Shown: one piece after another, positions 1 through 33,736 of the stretch | Position numbering within the stretch: the first letter of the stretch is position 1 | Layout of the letters: each line of letters opens with the position of its first letter | Source of the DNA: the human T2T-CHM13v2.0 reference genome, Homo sapiens | Direction: 5' to 3' (one strand) | DNA: 64,000 nucleotides | Assembly: GCF_009914755.1 (NCBI RefSeq) | Contig: NC_060947.1 | Translations under genes and position numbers: made by a program | The notes under the pieces: generated by a model | Database searches by the model: none | The model's input: the letters and a program-made list of their open reading frames with translations, nothing else | Told to the model about the DNA's origin: nothing

Positions 1-245
1 GGAGGCCAAGGAGGGCAGATCACAAGGTCAAGAGATCAAGACCATCCTGGCCAACATGGTGAAACCCCGTCTCTACTAAAAATATAAAAATTAGCTGGGC
101 ACGGTGATGCACACCTGTAGTCCCAGCTACTCGGGAGGCTGACAGGAGAATCGCTTGAGGTTGCAGTGAGCCGAGATCTGCCACTGCACTCCAGCCTGGC
201 GACAGAGCAAAACATTGTCACAGAAATAAAAATAAATAAATAAAT
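1..245 (+). mobile_element. Alu SINE, cut by the window start
   Basis: GGAGGCCAAGG...GATCACAAGGTCAAGAGATCAAGACCATCCTGGCCAAC, A-rich linker, right arm and (TAAA)n tail. Confidence 0.95.
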
Positions 246-254
246 AACAATCAC

Positions 255-1741
<1,487 letters not shown>

Positions 1742-2412
1742 TTCTACTTCTGTCATTCCTTCTTCATTTTTACCTTTAAAAAAAATTATTCATTAGCCTC
1801 TCCATTCAGAGTACAACTTCTTCATTTTTAAACTGAAATACTTCCATAGAGAGAAAATTTCCCTCATTCACTATGTGGTCACCTTGAGGTCAGTTTGTAT
1901 AAGAAAAGCAAGAAAGGAAGTTACCTTCTTGATTCTTTCCCTTTATTTATTAGTTGTTGTTGTTTTGTTGTTGTTGTTTAATAAGGTTCTTGAGGCCAGG
2001 CCATGGCCTCAAAATCTGGTCCCAGCTCCTCAGGAGGCTGACACAGGAGGATAGCTTGAGCAAGGAGTTCAAATCCAGCCTGAGCAACATAGCGGGACTC
2101 TCCACTAGTTTGTTTCATTATGAACTAATGGATTTAAACATATTTGATGTTTCAATCCATTGCAGTTATTTTTATTGATACTTAAATCATCCCATTATTT
2201 GCTAATGAATGCCTCTTCACATTGGCTACTGAGTCCTTTTGACATGACCCCAGTAATCTTTGACAGCTCCCCTGCCTTCTCGTACAAGATGTTCCCTGGT
2301 CATACAGTACTTTTCCTGACTCAGACCTGGAATGAAACATTTCTCTAAGGAGCTCTGGTTTCTTTCAGTAGGAAATGATATTCAAAGATCATAATCCAGG
2401 TGCCAGGAATGC

Positions 2413-3060
<648 letters not shown>

Positions 3061-3074
3061 GAGAGGGTAGATTT

Positions 3075-3377
3075 CTTTTCTTTTTTCTTTTTTTGAGACA
3101 GGTTCTCACTCTGTCACCCAGGCTGGTGGGCAGTGGCACGAACATGCTCACTGCAGCCTTGATCCCCGGGGCTCAAGCCATCTTCTTGCCTCAGCCTCCA
3201 GAGTAGCTGGGACTACAGGCACGCGCCACCCCACCTGGCTAATTTTTTTTTAGTTTTAGTAGAGACAAGGTCCCCTATATTGCCCAGATTGGTCTCAAAC
3301 TCCTGGGCTCAAGCGATCCTCCCCTACCTTGGCCTCCCAAAGTGCTGGGATTACAGGCCTGAGCCACCATACCTGGC
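3075..3377 (-). mobile_element. AluJ-like SINE
   Basis: poly(T)-led reverse Alu with GGGCTCAAGC/CTCCTGGGCTCAAGCGATCCTCC J-type positions. Confidence 0.85.
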
Positions 3378-4051
3378 TTGTACTTCTTTTTTGTCCTTAG
3401 GGTATACCCCATTATAAACTTACAATCAAATTACTATCTTTTAAAGTTCACTTGAAATAATTTTTCTCCATGTGATTAAGCCTGCAGCTCAATACACAGA
3501 TCCATTCGTTTCATTTTGCTTTTGATTTTTAAATGCTGTGTTTTAAAATGTTGATTTAATAATGCTTTATAATTATGTAAAATATTGACTTTGTTCTAAA
3601 GTTAAATCTGTAAGTCAAAGTATCTTCAGAAAAATCTAGGTTCTGTCCCTTTATTTCCTTCTTCCTCCCACAGGTAACCATTTTATTTATGGTCTAACCT
3701 TCTATTGTCTTTTAAAAATATAAGTACATAATATATACATATTTGTATATGTTCTTTGATTTTTCTACCTTGCTTTTTTTTTTTACTTTACATTATATCC
3801 TGGAAAATACTTCATAGCAGTACATGGAAGTATTATTTATTCCCCTTTATACTTACATAGTATCTCATTGTGTAGATGTATCCAAATTTATTCAGTTAAG
3901 CCCCCAATAAGCATTAAAGTTGCTTCCGGTCTTTTGCTACTGTAATTAATGCTGAAAGCAATAGGTTTGTGCTTTCATCTTTTTGGGATACATTCCTAAA
4001 AGTGAAACTTTTGGATTTTTGCGGTCAAACTTTTGGATTTTTGCTAACCTG

Positions 4052-4508
4052 CGTCAACCGAAAAGGAAGAAGAGGCTGAGGCACAAAATCTAATTTAAAA
4101 CGTTTACTTGAGCCAAAGGGAGGACAGCTGCCCAGGAGACCCAGCCCCCAAGTAACCTCGGATAAGAGCTCCGGCTGGCCTTTGTTACAAGCAGTTTTTT
4201 AAAGGCAAAAAGAAGGGGGAGAAGGGGTGGGCTGATAAAAAGCTGTTTGCCGAAAATTCTCACTGGTTTACAGAAGTAACATTGATTAGTAATTGACTGT
4301 ACATTGTTAAGCTACAGGGTGTGGGTTAGTGTCCAGCATTGTTAAATTAATTTATAGCCATCTGTGGCAATAGCAAGCGGTTTGAAGAGATGAATACTTA
4401 GCTCAAGGGGGGAGTAGGATGTGATTGCTGTATCATTTTAATGTCTCTCCGGGCCTGATAATTTAAAGAGACTTGGCATTCCTCAAATAAAAGTTCTTTC
4501 TTTTCTCG
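4052..4508 (-). mobile_element. Solo ERV1 (MER4-group) LTR inserted in an old L1M fragment
   Basis: minus strand reads (C)GAGAAAAGAAAGAACTTTTATTTGAGGAATGCC...GTTGAC(G), the MER4-group LTR architecture; near-TSD CCTG/CCCG. Confidence 0.75.
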
Positions 4509-4889
4509 CCCGCTAGGAAAGAAAAGGTATCTCATTGTAGTTTTAATTTGCATTTCTCTTACTGTGAGCAAGATTGAGCTCTTTCCATATGATAGAGAGT
4601 CATTTGCATTTATTTCTCATATCTTTAGCCCGTTTTCTTGAATTCTTAGTCTTTTTCTTCTCTAGCTTTAAAAGCTTTTCATATATTAGGGATAGTAACT
4701 CTTTGTGATACAAATTCCAACTATTTTTTTTTCCCATTTTCCCACTTATTTTTATTCTATCTAAGGTGCTTTTGTTTCTTTTTGCATGCAACAGGTTATT
4801 TTAGTGTAACCAGATTAATCTATGTTTTCCTTATTGCTTTTGTACTTTGAGTCACAGTTGTAAAAGCTTTATCCTCTCCCAGATAATAA

Positions 4890-5085
4890 GGCAGTTTTGT
4901 TGACTAAATATGGTCCTCAGATCAGCAACTTAGGCATCACCCGTATTCTGTTAGGAAAGCGGACTCTCAGGTTCCACCCAGGCCTATTGAATCAGCCTCT
5001 GCGTTTTAAAAAGATCCACCACCACCACCACCACCCCGCTCCCCGCCATAGTAAATTTGCAATTTAAAATTTGAGAAGCACTGGT
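4890..5085. mobile_element. MER5A-like hAT MITE with an internal (CCA)n/GC-rich insert
   Basis: TGGTCCTCAGATCAGCA...GAATCAGCCTCTGCGTTTTAA...TTTGAGAAGCACTG. Confidence 0.7.
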
Positions 5086-5696
5086 CTAGAGAATTCTGCC
5101 CATATTTTCTGCTAGAACTGGTGAGGTGGATGAATGATTTTTAATTGGAACTTATTGGTGACATCCTATCCACAGCTGCTGAAGAAAAACAAGAAAAGAG
5201 GCCAACCCCAGCAAAGGGTGTAAATGAAGCCTGCCTAGATAACTAACATTATTAAATACAGACATGAGAATCTTCTATTGAAAAAGTCATTAAAAATACA
5301 TCTTTTGCAGTGCTAGGATTACATGATTGACATATTGATCCATCAATTTTATGAAACATCTGTGGACAAATTACTAGTGAAAAAAATGGGCTTTGGTTAT
5401 TTTCCAAATGAATAGCATTATCTCCTGCTGTTAAGCTTTTCAAGATTCTCGTGACCAGGGACTTTGCAGAGGAAAAAATAGACCTCTTTAAGGCTTGCTG
5501 CACTGCACAAGCAAATTCTATTCCTCTCCCACAAGCTGCAAAGATGGTCACATGACCTGCACTAAATAAATGGGTGGGTAAAAGATTCCATAGAAAGATT
5601 CTTATCATGCCTTTCCATCTAGCATCACGTAGCTGTTTGTCAGTAATTTTCATTTCTGCCAGAACGTGTTACTCAATCTCCCTTGCCAATAGGTTA

Positions 5697-6146
<450 letters not shown>

Positions 6147-6373
6147 CTATCATTCGTTTTTAACACACAGGCCTGGATTCAAGAGCCACTAGGAGTTCTG
6201 AACACTATTAGAAAAATAACTGCTTAAAAGTGCAGAACTGCGCCTCTGGGCATGAGGAACATGCTGGTATAAATTTGACAAATGATTTCTCACTCTAGTT
6301 CAGTTTTGACTTTACTAGTATTTCTGAAACAAAGTTCTCGAAATTCAGTATCTCGTTTTAAACCTAGATTTCA

Positions 6374-6946
<573 letters not shown>

Positions 6947-7524
6947 CTATAAAGCGGCATTTTTATTTTGGTGTTTGTCATGGGATTATGGTTCACATTT
7001 CAGTTTTATAAAAAGCAGAAAATTTAATATTCCAAATTAGAAAGATTATTTAGTGAACTTCCATATGAAAAGCAGAAATATTAATATTCTAAATTATAAA
7101 GATTAATGAATTTCTATAAATAAAGTAACAGCTTTCCCCAAATTCAAGAAAGACATGATCCTCCCCAGCTTCAGCCTTACCTGGTATTCTATGCTTGCAG
7201 GAACCATTCCCATGAAATGTTTTTCTGTAGTCATAGCATCAGCCTTTTTACACAGACAAAATACACAGTGAAAATACTCAGTTGCTAGCTGTTCTTATAC
7301 ATTGCCAGTAGAATATAAATTGGTATATCCCTAGAGGTTGATTTTGCAAAATTTGTCAAAATTACAAATACATTAATTTTTTTTTTTTTTTCTGGCGGAG
7401 AAGGCTATTCTCCCTTCACTTCCCTAGTCTGGGCTAGCTTTGTGACTTGCTTTGGTCAATAGAATAGGGCAGGAATGACTCAGGACTCTCACAGGTCAGG
7501 AAGTTTGAAGCTTCTGCCTTTTGC

Positions 7525-7925
7525 GTGTGTGTTTGTTTGTTTGTTTTGAGACAGATCTCACTCTGTTACCCAGGCTGGAGTGCAGTGGCACGGGTCCAGG
7601 CTCCCTGCAGTCTCTGCCTCCTGGGTTCAAGCGATTCTCGTGCCTCAACCCCCCGAGTAGCTGGGATAACAGGCATGTGCCACCACACCCGACTAATTTT
7701 TGTATTTTTAGTAGAGACAGGGTTTCACCATGTTGGCCAGGCTGGTGTTGAACTCCTGGGATTACAGGTCTGTGCCATCACACCTGGCAAATTTTTGTAT
7801 TTTTATTAGAGATGGGGTTTCACCATGTTGGCCAGGCCGGTCTCGAACTCCTGACCTCAAATGATCTGCCCACCTCGGCCTCCTAAAGTTCTGGGATTAC
7901 AGGCGTGAGCCACCGCACCTGACCA
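7525..7925 (-). mobile_element. Alu with a duplicated/chimeric middle segment
   Basis: linker plus TTTCACCATGTTGGCCAGG segment occurs twice (~7695-7760 and ~7790-7850). Confidence 0.8.
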
Positions 7926-8270
7926 GAAATACATGAATCTTTTGATCCATCAATTCCACTTCTAAAGATTTATCCTAGAGAAATATTTACACACATGTGA
8001 AATAATGCATGTAAAGGTTATCGTGAACATCAAAGATTGAAAACAATCTAAATGTCCTTCAGTGGGAGACTAATTACATAAATTATGCCACATTCATGGA
8101 ATACCATGTGACTATGAAGAAAAAAATGAGAAAGTAGTCTGTGTGGTAACATGTAAATATATCCAATATATATTGTTAATGGGCAAAAGCAAGAAACAGA
8201 ATATAGTATGCTGCCATTTAGGCAAAAGAGGGACATTATATACACGTGCACAAACACAAAAGAGAAATAT

Positions 8271-9065
<795 letters not shown>

Positions 9066-9881
9066 GCACAGTTACCAGTAGATTGTGGAGAAGTCTGACC
9101 AAGCAGCTCCACTGCTACCCTTTTGCTCCTTGCTGGCCTGAAATTTTCTCCATCGGAATCACCTCCCTGGGTTGTGTGACCGTGCCTGTAGCTCACCTAT
9201 TCCCACAGCTTCGGTCACTGTTGATTCACATACAGGCTCAGCCTGACCTCAGCCCTAAGGCCAAACAAGACCCACTGGGTAAGAAGGTTATAGGAGACCC
9301 CTAGCACCATGCAGGGATTCAGCATCAAGTTGGCCCAACTGCCGTTTGAGGATCGGCAAGGGAATGCCCAGTGTTCCTGACATGTGGTCACCCTGCGTTG
9401 TGCCAGGTGTAAGAACCGCACGCAGTGTGGGTAATTTCCCTCTGTAGGACTGCATTCTGCCAGACTTTTGTCCGTAATTGTCCCAGAGATTGCAGTCTTT
9501 GCAGCTGCTAGCAAACATTCCCTAAATAGACTCCTTGCTTAGCTGTCTGCCTGCCTCAGGCTCTGAATGTTGCCTTCCCCTGGAGCCTTGGTCACCAAGT
9601 TCTGCCCTCTTGGTGAGAAACCCCATTGCTCCATCCCCATGTTTCAGCCTTCCGTGCTGACCATTTCATTTGTTGTTCACTGCCAAACTCTTCAGTACCG
9701 TTGCTATTATTACCTCCATATTGTGTCGTATCTGCTGGAATGAATTTTGTCTTTGTGCCTATAACTAGGGTGCAAGGTCCAAAGTACAACCCAGCCCTTC
9801 CCAGGCTGTCCCATCCCATTGCCCGAAATAAGACATGCTGGACACTGGGAGCAAGTCCACTGTTAAAAATGTGCATCCCGT

Positions 9882-10717
<836 letters not shown>

Positions 10718-10848
10718 CATCATACACGTTTAATGGAAGCTTAAGATGTCAACTTTTACACACAATGCCAAGAAATAGATCGGCTATAATCAAATCATCT
10801 TCACAAAAGATGAGCAGAAGCCATGGAAGGCACCACAGTGGCTTACGA

Positions 10849-11010
10849 CAGTGGTTCTCAAACTTCAGCGTGCATCAGACGGAGAGATTGTGAATGCAGA
10901 GTGCTGGGCCCCACCCCCAAGGCTTCTGATTCAGTAGCTCTGGGGTGAGGTTGAGAATATGCGCTTTTAAAAAGTTCCCAGGTGGTGTTCATGCTATTGG
11001 GCCACACACA
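10849..11010. mobile_element. MER5A hAT MITE
   Basis: CAGTGGTTCTCAAACTT...GCTGGGCCCCACCCCCA..TCTGATTCAGTAG.TCTGGGGTG. Confidence 0.85.
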
Positions 11011-11014
11011 GAGG

Positions 11015-11125
11015 TTAAGATGAGAAAACTGAGCTAGAGGGATTATATGACTTGCCTAAAGTCACAAAGCTAATAAGTGGTAGAACCAGAATTTTGAACA
11101 CAGATATTTTGACTCCAGGAACATC
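11015..11125 (+). mobile_element. MIR core fragment
   Basis: GATGAGAAAACTGAG...GACTTGCCTAAAGTCACA..GCTAATAAGTGGTAGAACCAG. Confidence 0.8.
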
Positions 11126-11175
11126 ACTACATCATATTCCTTTTGGCAAAAACAAAACAAAAAAAATAGCAATAT

Positions 11176-11855
11176 TGTTACGGGTGAAGGGTATCCAGAT
11201 TCTTAGCGTTTTGAACAAATAATTGGACAAAATGCACAATCAAAGCAAGAAAAAAATGAAGCAACAAAAGCAGAGGTTTATTGAAAATGAAGGTACCCGA
11301 GCATAGGGGCTTAAGAGCCCAGTTGCAGAATTTTCTGGGGTTTAAATATCCTCTAGAAACATTGATGTACACCCTATGTAAATGAAGTAGTGGCCTGCCA
11401 TCAGTCTGATTGGTTACAGAAAGCTTTCTGCAACCAATCAGAGACTGAAGAGAAGTTACAGAGGTTGCCCTCTATGCAAGCATCTGATTGGTTGTGGAAA
11501 GCAACCAATCAGAGGCAAAAGTGAAGTTACAAAGTTACACTTCTATGCAAATGAAGACTTAGCATGCAATCAAGTCTGATTGGTTGTGGAAAGCACCAAT
11601 CAGAGGCTGAAGTGAAGTTACAAAATTATACTCCTATGCAAATGTCTGATTGGTTGCAGAAAGCAACCAATCAGAGGTACTTTCAATTTTCCATCTGCCA
11701 CTGCAGAAAAGGGAGGGGGTTTGCAAAGGGAGTAGCCTCCGGTCCTTTTGTTACTTAGGTGTGGAAAGTTGGGGTTTTCCTTTTGATTTAGTTCTAGGAA
11801 GTCAGCGTGAATCGGCCTTAGGTTCCCTGCCTCCAGACCCTATTCTCCTGCCTCA
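11176..11855 (-). mobile_element. Solo ERV1 LTR, MER51A/B-like
   Basis: minus strand begins TGAGGCAGGAGAATAGGGTCTGGAGGCAGGGAACCTAAGGCC and ends ...TAACA; 4-bp TSD ATAT at 11172-11175 and 11856-11859; internal CCAAT repeats. Confidence 0.88.
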
Positions 11856-12475
11856 ATATAAACAAACTTAAAATCTAAAATCTAAAGAAAACATGAACAT
11901 TTTAGAATCATTGTGATATAGCATTTTTAAAAACTTTTTCATAACATCTATTTTTTCAGCACCCTGAGATTCTCTACTAAGTGCTAGTGCTATTAACCAT
12001 TAAATATATTTTCTCAATAGTTTTAATTGTTTTCAATATAGAAGAAAACAAATGTTTATTGAGCATCCAATATGGTAATCATGGATGGTAATTGCCAAAA
12101 ATATAAACAATGCACTTCAGAAAAGCCTCTATTCATTCATCAAAATCACAAATAATTTAAAATTTTTCTGGCTGAATTTTTAATAATTTAATGCAAAGCT
12201 ACAATTTCATTGGCAACGGTTCTGTTAAAATGTTCCTCGGTACCTTTTCTGCATTTTTCACAGTGGCACCTTTATGCATTTGAAAAATTTGGACTAAGAA
12301 ATGCAAATAAATCAGCAACTGTCCTTACCCTTAAAATTATGTGTCTTGCCAGGTACTTACTCTATCTATTACATGATTAAAAACAGTAACCTATAATTCC
12401 TTTCCCTAAAAATAAGTGTCAAAGTTATGGTGCTATCACATAGGCAGAGCAAAAATCTTTAAACTTACTAAATTT

Positions 12476-13499
<1,024 letters not shown>

Positions 13500-14202
13500 G
13501 TATTGCTAAATTTTGCTAACATATTGACTAAAGGAGTCATCCATGCAGATAACGTACATCAAAAAGTATAATTATCTTGTATGTTTTAAGACAATCCTTT
13601 ATTAGTATATAATATATTTTATAATATGTAATTCCATCTGACTTCCTCATACTTGCAGCTAAGAAATGGCCAATTATTAATCCATCTCTGCCACAAGGCT
13701 TTATCTTTACCTTGCCAACAAAGGCTTCAGAATCCTTTAGGCTAAAAAGCTAGCAAGTTTAAAAAGCTTTGAGAAATGTTCTTGACACACCCGTGAACAC
13801 CTGTGAGCTCTAGGTAGGCTCTCTGTGTACATACAAGCTCTGTTCCATTCCAACAACCTGGACAGTAGTAACACATGTAAAAGTGTGCTCTTTGGTGAAA
13901 TGGAGATTCTGAATTATTCATGGTAGTTTCACCAATAAAATGATCTAATGTGATACTGATTGTTTGTGTTCATATTTTCATTATACTGTATAATCTGGTC
14001 TAGAAATGCTTCAAACGTTAGACCTAAATGAAACTACAAAACAAACAAATCAATTTATTACTGGATAGGTCATTGATTAGGTAATTTAGAACATTTACAG
14101 AATTTTATCTTATGAAATTGCACCAAGGTCACCAAGCTGCAAAATAAAACTTGTGGGCCAATACAGTAGGCAGAATTCTAGGAGTTCAGGAATCTGCATT
14201 AA

Positions 14203-14854
<652 letters not shown>

Positions 14855-14899
14855 GCAAAGAACGATTTCTACAGAAATAGCTACCAGGAAGTTGTATTC

Positions 14900-18870
<3,971 letters not shown>

Positions 18871-18878
18871 CACAGATG

Positions 18879-20920
18879 GGCAGGTGCGGTGGCTCACACC
18901 TGTAATCCTAACATTTTAGGAGGTGACATAAGAGTATTGCTTGAGCCCAAGAGTTCAAGGCTGCAATGAGCCATGATCATGTCACTGCACTCCAGCCTGG
19001 ATGACAGAATGAGACTCTGTCTCAAAAAAACAAAAACAAAAACAAACAAACAAACAAACAAAAAACTACAAAGCCATAGTAACCAAATCAGCATGGTGTT
19101 GGCATAAAAACAGACACATAGACCAGTGGAACAGAATGGAGAACCCACATAAAAATCCACACATTTACAGCCAATTCACTTTTTAGACCTTTTTTAAAAA
19201 TTAATTTTTAAAATTTTATTTTTAATAGAGACATGGGGTCTTGCTTTTCCCAGCATGGTCTCAAACGCCTGGCCTCAAGGGATCCTCCTGCCTCAGCCTC
19301 CCAAAGTGCTGGGATTACAGGCGTGAGCCACCATGCCCGGTCCAACCAACTCATTTTCGACAACGGCGCCAAGAACATGCAATGGGGAATGGACAGTCCC
19401 TTTAATAAATGGTGCTGGGGAAACTGGATAACCATATGCAGAAGAATGAAACTAGACCCCTATCTTTCACCATATACAAAAATCAAATCAAAATAGATCA
19501 AAGACTGAAACTGTGAAACTACTAGATGAAAGCATTAGATAAATGCTCCAGGATATTGGTCTGAGCAAAGATTTTTTGGGTAAGATCTTAAAAGTACAGG
19601 CAACAAAAGAAAAAATAGACAAATGGGATCACATCAAGCTATAAAGCTTCTGCACAGCAAAGGACACAATCAACAAAGTGAAGAGACAACCCACAGAATG
19701 GGAGAAAATATCTGCAAACTACACCTCTGACAAGTGATTAATAACCAGAAGATATAAGGAGCCCAAACAACTCAATAGCAAAAAAAAAAAATCCTAATAA
19801 TCCAACTTAAAAATGGCCAAAAGACCTTGAATAGACATTTATCAAAAGAAGACACACGGGGTTGGGCACGGTGGTTCACGCCTATAATCCCATTACTTTG
19901 GGAGGCCGAGGCAGGCAGATCACTCGAGGCCAGGAGTTCAAGACCAGCCTGGACAACATGGCAAAACCCCATCTCTACTAAAAATTTAAAAATTAGCCAG
20001 GTGTGGTGGCATGTGCCTGTAATCCCAGCTACTCAAGAGGCTGAGGAGGAGAATCGTTTGAACCCGGGAGGCGGAGGTTGCAGTGAACCGAGATAAGGCC
20101 GTAGCACTCCAGCGTAGGCTACAAGAGCAAAACTGCCTCTAAAAACAAAAACAAAACAGAATTACCATATGATCCAGCAATCCTGCTGCTGGGTATATAC
20201 CCGCAAGAAAGGAAATTAGCATATTGAAGAGACATCTGCAGTCCCATGTTTATTGCAGCTCTGTTCACAATAGCTAAGATTTGGAGGTAACCTAAGTGTC
20301 CATCAACAGATGAATGGATAAAGAAAATGTGGTACCTATACACAGTGGAGTACTAGTCAGCCATAAAAAAAGAATGGGATCCTGTCATTTGCAATAACAT
20401 GGATGGAACTGGAAGTCATTGTGTTAAATGTTATTATGTTATTACCTCTTAGAGAATGCATTATGTTAAATGACTTCCAGTTCCATCCATGTTATTGCCA
20501 GGCATAGAAAGACAAATACTGCATGTTCTCATTAATATATGGGGGCTAAAAAAGTAGATCTCATGAAGATAGAGAGTCGGTTGGTGGTTCGCAGAGGCTG
20601 GGAAGGGTAGCAGGGAGAGGGAGATTAAGAGAGATTGATTAGTGGGTTCAAATATACAGTTTGATAGAAATAAGACCTTGTGTTTGATAGATCAGAAGAG
20701 TGACTACAGTTTACAATAATTTATCGTATATGTCAAAACAACTAGAAGAGAAGAATTAGAATGTTTCCAGCTTTATGCTGGAAAAGACAAATATTTAAGG
20801 TGATGGATACCTCAACTATACTGATTTCATCTTTACAGATTATATGAATGTATTACATGATCACATGTACCCTCTAAATATGTACAGCTATTATGTATCA
20901 GTGAAAAGAATAAAATTTTT
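18879..20920 (+). mobile_element. L1MA/L1PB-type ORF2 3' part and 3' UTR, with Alus at 18879-19064 (+), 19195-19343 (-) and 19860-20158 (+)
   Basis: translates [31 protein letters not shown]; ATGGATAAAGAAAATGTGG; 3' UTR to ~20920. Confidence 0.85.
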
Positions 20921-20924
20921 TAAA

Positions 20925-23210
<2,286 letters not shown>

Positions 23211-23392
23211 GATTTAATCATCTACATATTGTGTCTTTAAGGGGAGATTGCCTAGCTTATTCTTTTTCTGAATATGAATTTTAATCCATAATCAGTGCCA
23301 TTATTGAGAATATTAAGATGCTTTCATGTTGAACTGATTAAAACAGCATTTGGAATAGTAAATGACATGTAATGTATGAATAACCTCCAGCT

Positions 23393-23753
<361 letters not shown>

Positions 23754-24519
23754 CTATAATGAAAAGTCTTCAGAAGTATTCTCTGGGAGACTCAGGATTG
23801 AAGAGGCCAGAAGCAGAGAGCCAGCAGGTCCTAGGAGGTGGTCTACTACAAGATCTGGGGGCTCACCGCCTACTTGAAAAGATACAGAACTCCTGCCCTC
23901 AATAAATGAAAGAGAAGTTGAACTACTCTGCAAGTCAGTTTTCATCAGTATTCATTTTCTTTCGAATCGTTGAAAGACTGAAGATGCCTGTTAAAATAGG
24001 TCTCTGTAATAATCCTGTAGGAAAAGTTTGCCAAGGTTTTCTGATTTTGAACCCAAATATTGCTTAAGCATCTGGGGCACAGCTCCAAATGTATTGAACT
24101 TGCTTCTCCCCCTTGCCAATGTTGCATAAGGCCCTTTTCAAAGCCATCTTAATTCCATTTTACCAGCAGTATAGACCACACACAAAGTGGTGCTTCTGGC
24201 TTTTGTAATCAGAACGCAAAGGCACCATCCTGCCAGTACTGAAGTCAGCCAAGCCCAACCCTTTGCAGGGAGCTCCTTCTGGTGTGATGGCTGATCAGCC
24301 TGCTGGCTTCAAGAAGAGCTCTCTGAGTACCAGCATAAACAGCACCGGTATAAACCAATCCACCAAGGCAAAGTTTTGTGGAAGAGCCTGGCAGGTTCCT
24401 CACCCTATACCCATCCCCAATGCACCCTGTGACTCCACTCCCTCCGCCACTCCCATCAGCCTCTCATCTGCCACCAGAATGATTTTTTTTCCTGCCTTCC
24501 TGTGGATTGCTTAAACATT

Positions 24520-27130
<2,611 letters not shown>

Positions 27131-27262
27131 CTGCCTTTTCACATTTCATCACAGCCAAGAAAGTATTACTCCACTCTGCTCTATGTTTGGATTTGGAAGG
27201 CCTTTCCTACTGTAAGGGAGTCTATGTTGGAATGGGGAACTGTCTTAAAAAACAAATTATTG

Positions 27263-27555
27263 GGCCGGGCGCGGTGGCTCACGCTTGTAATCCCAGCACT
27301 TTGGGAGGCCGAGGCGGGCGGATCACGAGGTCAGCAGATCGAGACCACAGTGAAACCCCGTCTCTACTAAAAATACAAAAAAAAAAAAATTAGCCGGGCG
27401 TGGTGGTGGGTGCCTGTAGTCCCAGCTACTCAGAGAGGCTGAGGCAGGAGAATGGCGTGAACCCGGGAGGCGGAGTTTGCAGTGAGCCGAGATTGCGCCA
27501 CTGCACTCTAGCCTGGGCGACAGAGCGAGACTACGTCTCAAAAAAAAAAAAAAAA
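27263..27555 (+). mobile_element. AluY carrying the 12-bp left-arm deletion typical of the AluYd lineage
   Basis: GAGACCA|CAGTGAAACCCC lacks TCCTGGCTAACA; AATGGCGTGAACCCGGGAGGCGG; TSD AAATTATTG. Confidence 0.75.
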
Positions 27556-27584
27556 TTATTGGGTCTAAAGTAGAACAAACTTGA

Positions 27585-33595
<6,011 letters not shown>

Positions 33596-33736
33596 CCCAG
33601 ATATTTTTTCTAGGCTGACCTATAACCTGTATAGTTAAAAAAACAGGATGACATCCTGCATACTGCTTTATAACTTGTTTTGTCATTTAGCTATATATTT
33701 TGAACATCTTTTCATTTGAATAAATGTATCAGTAGT

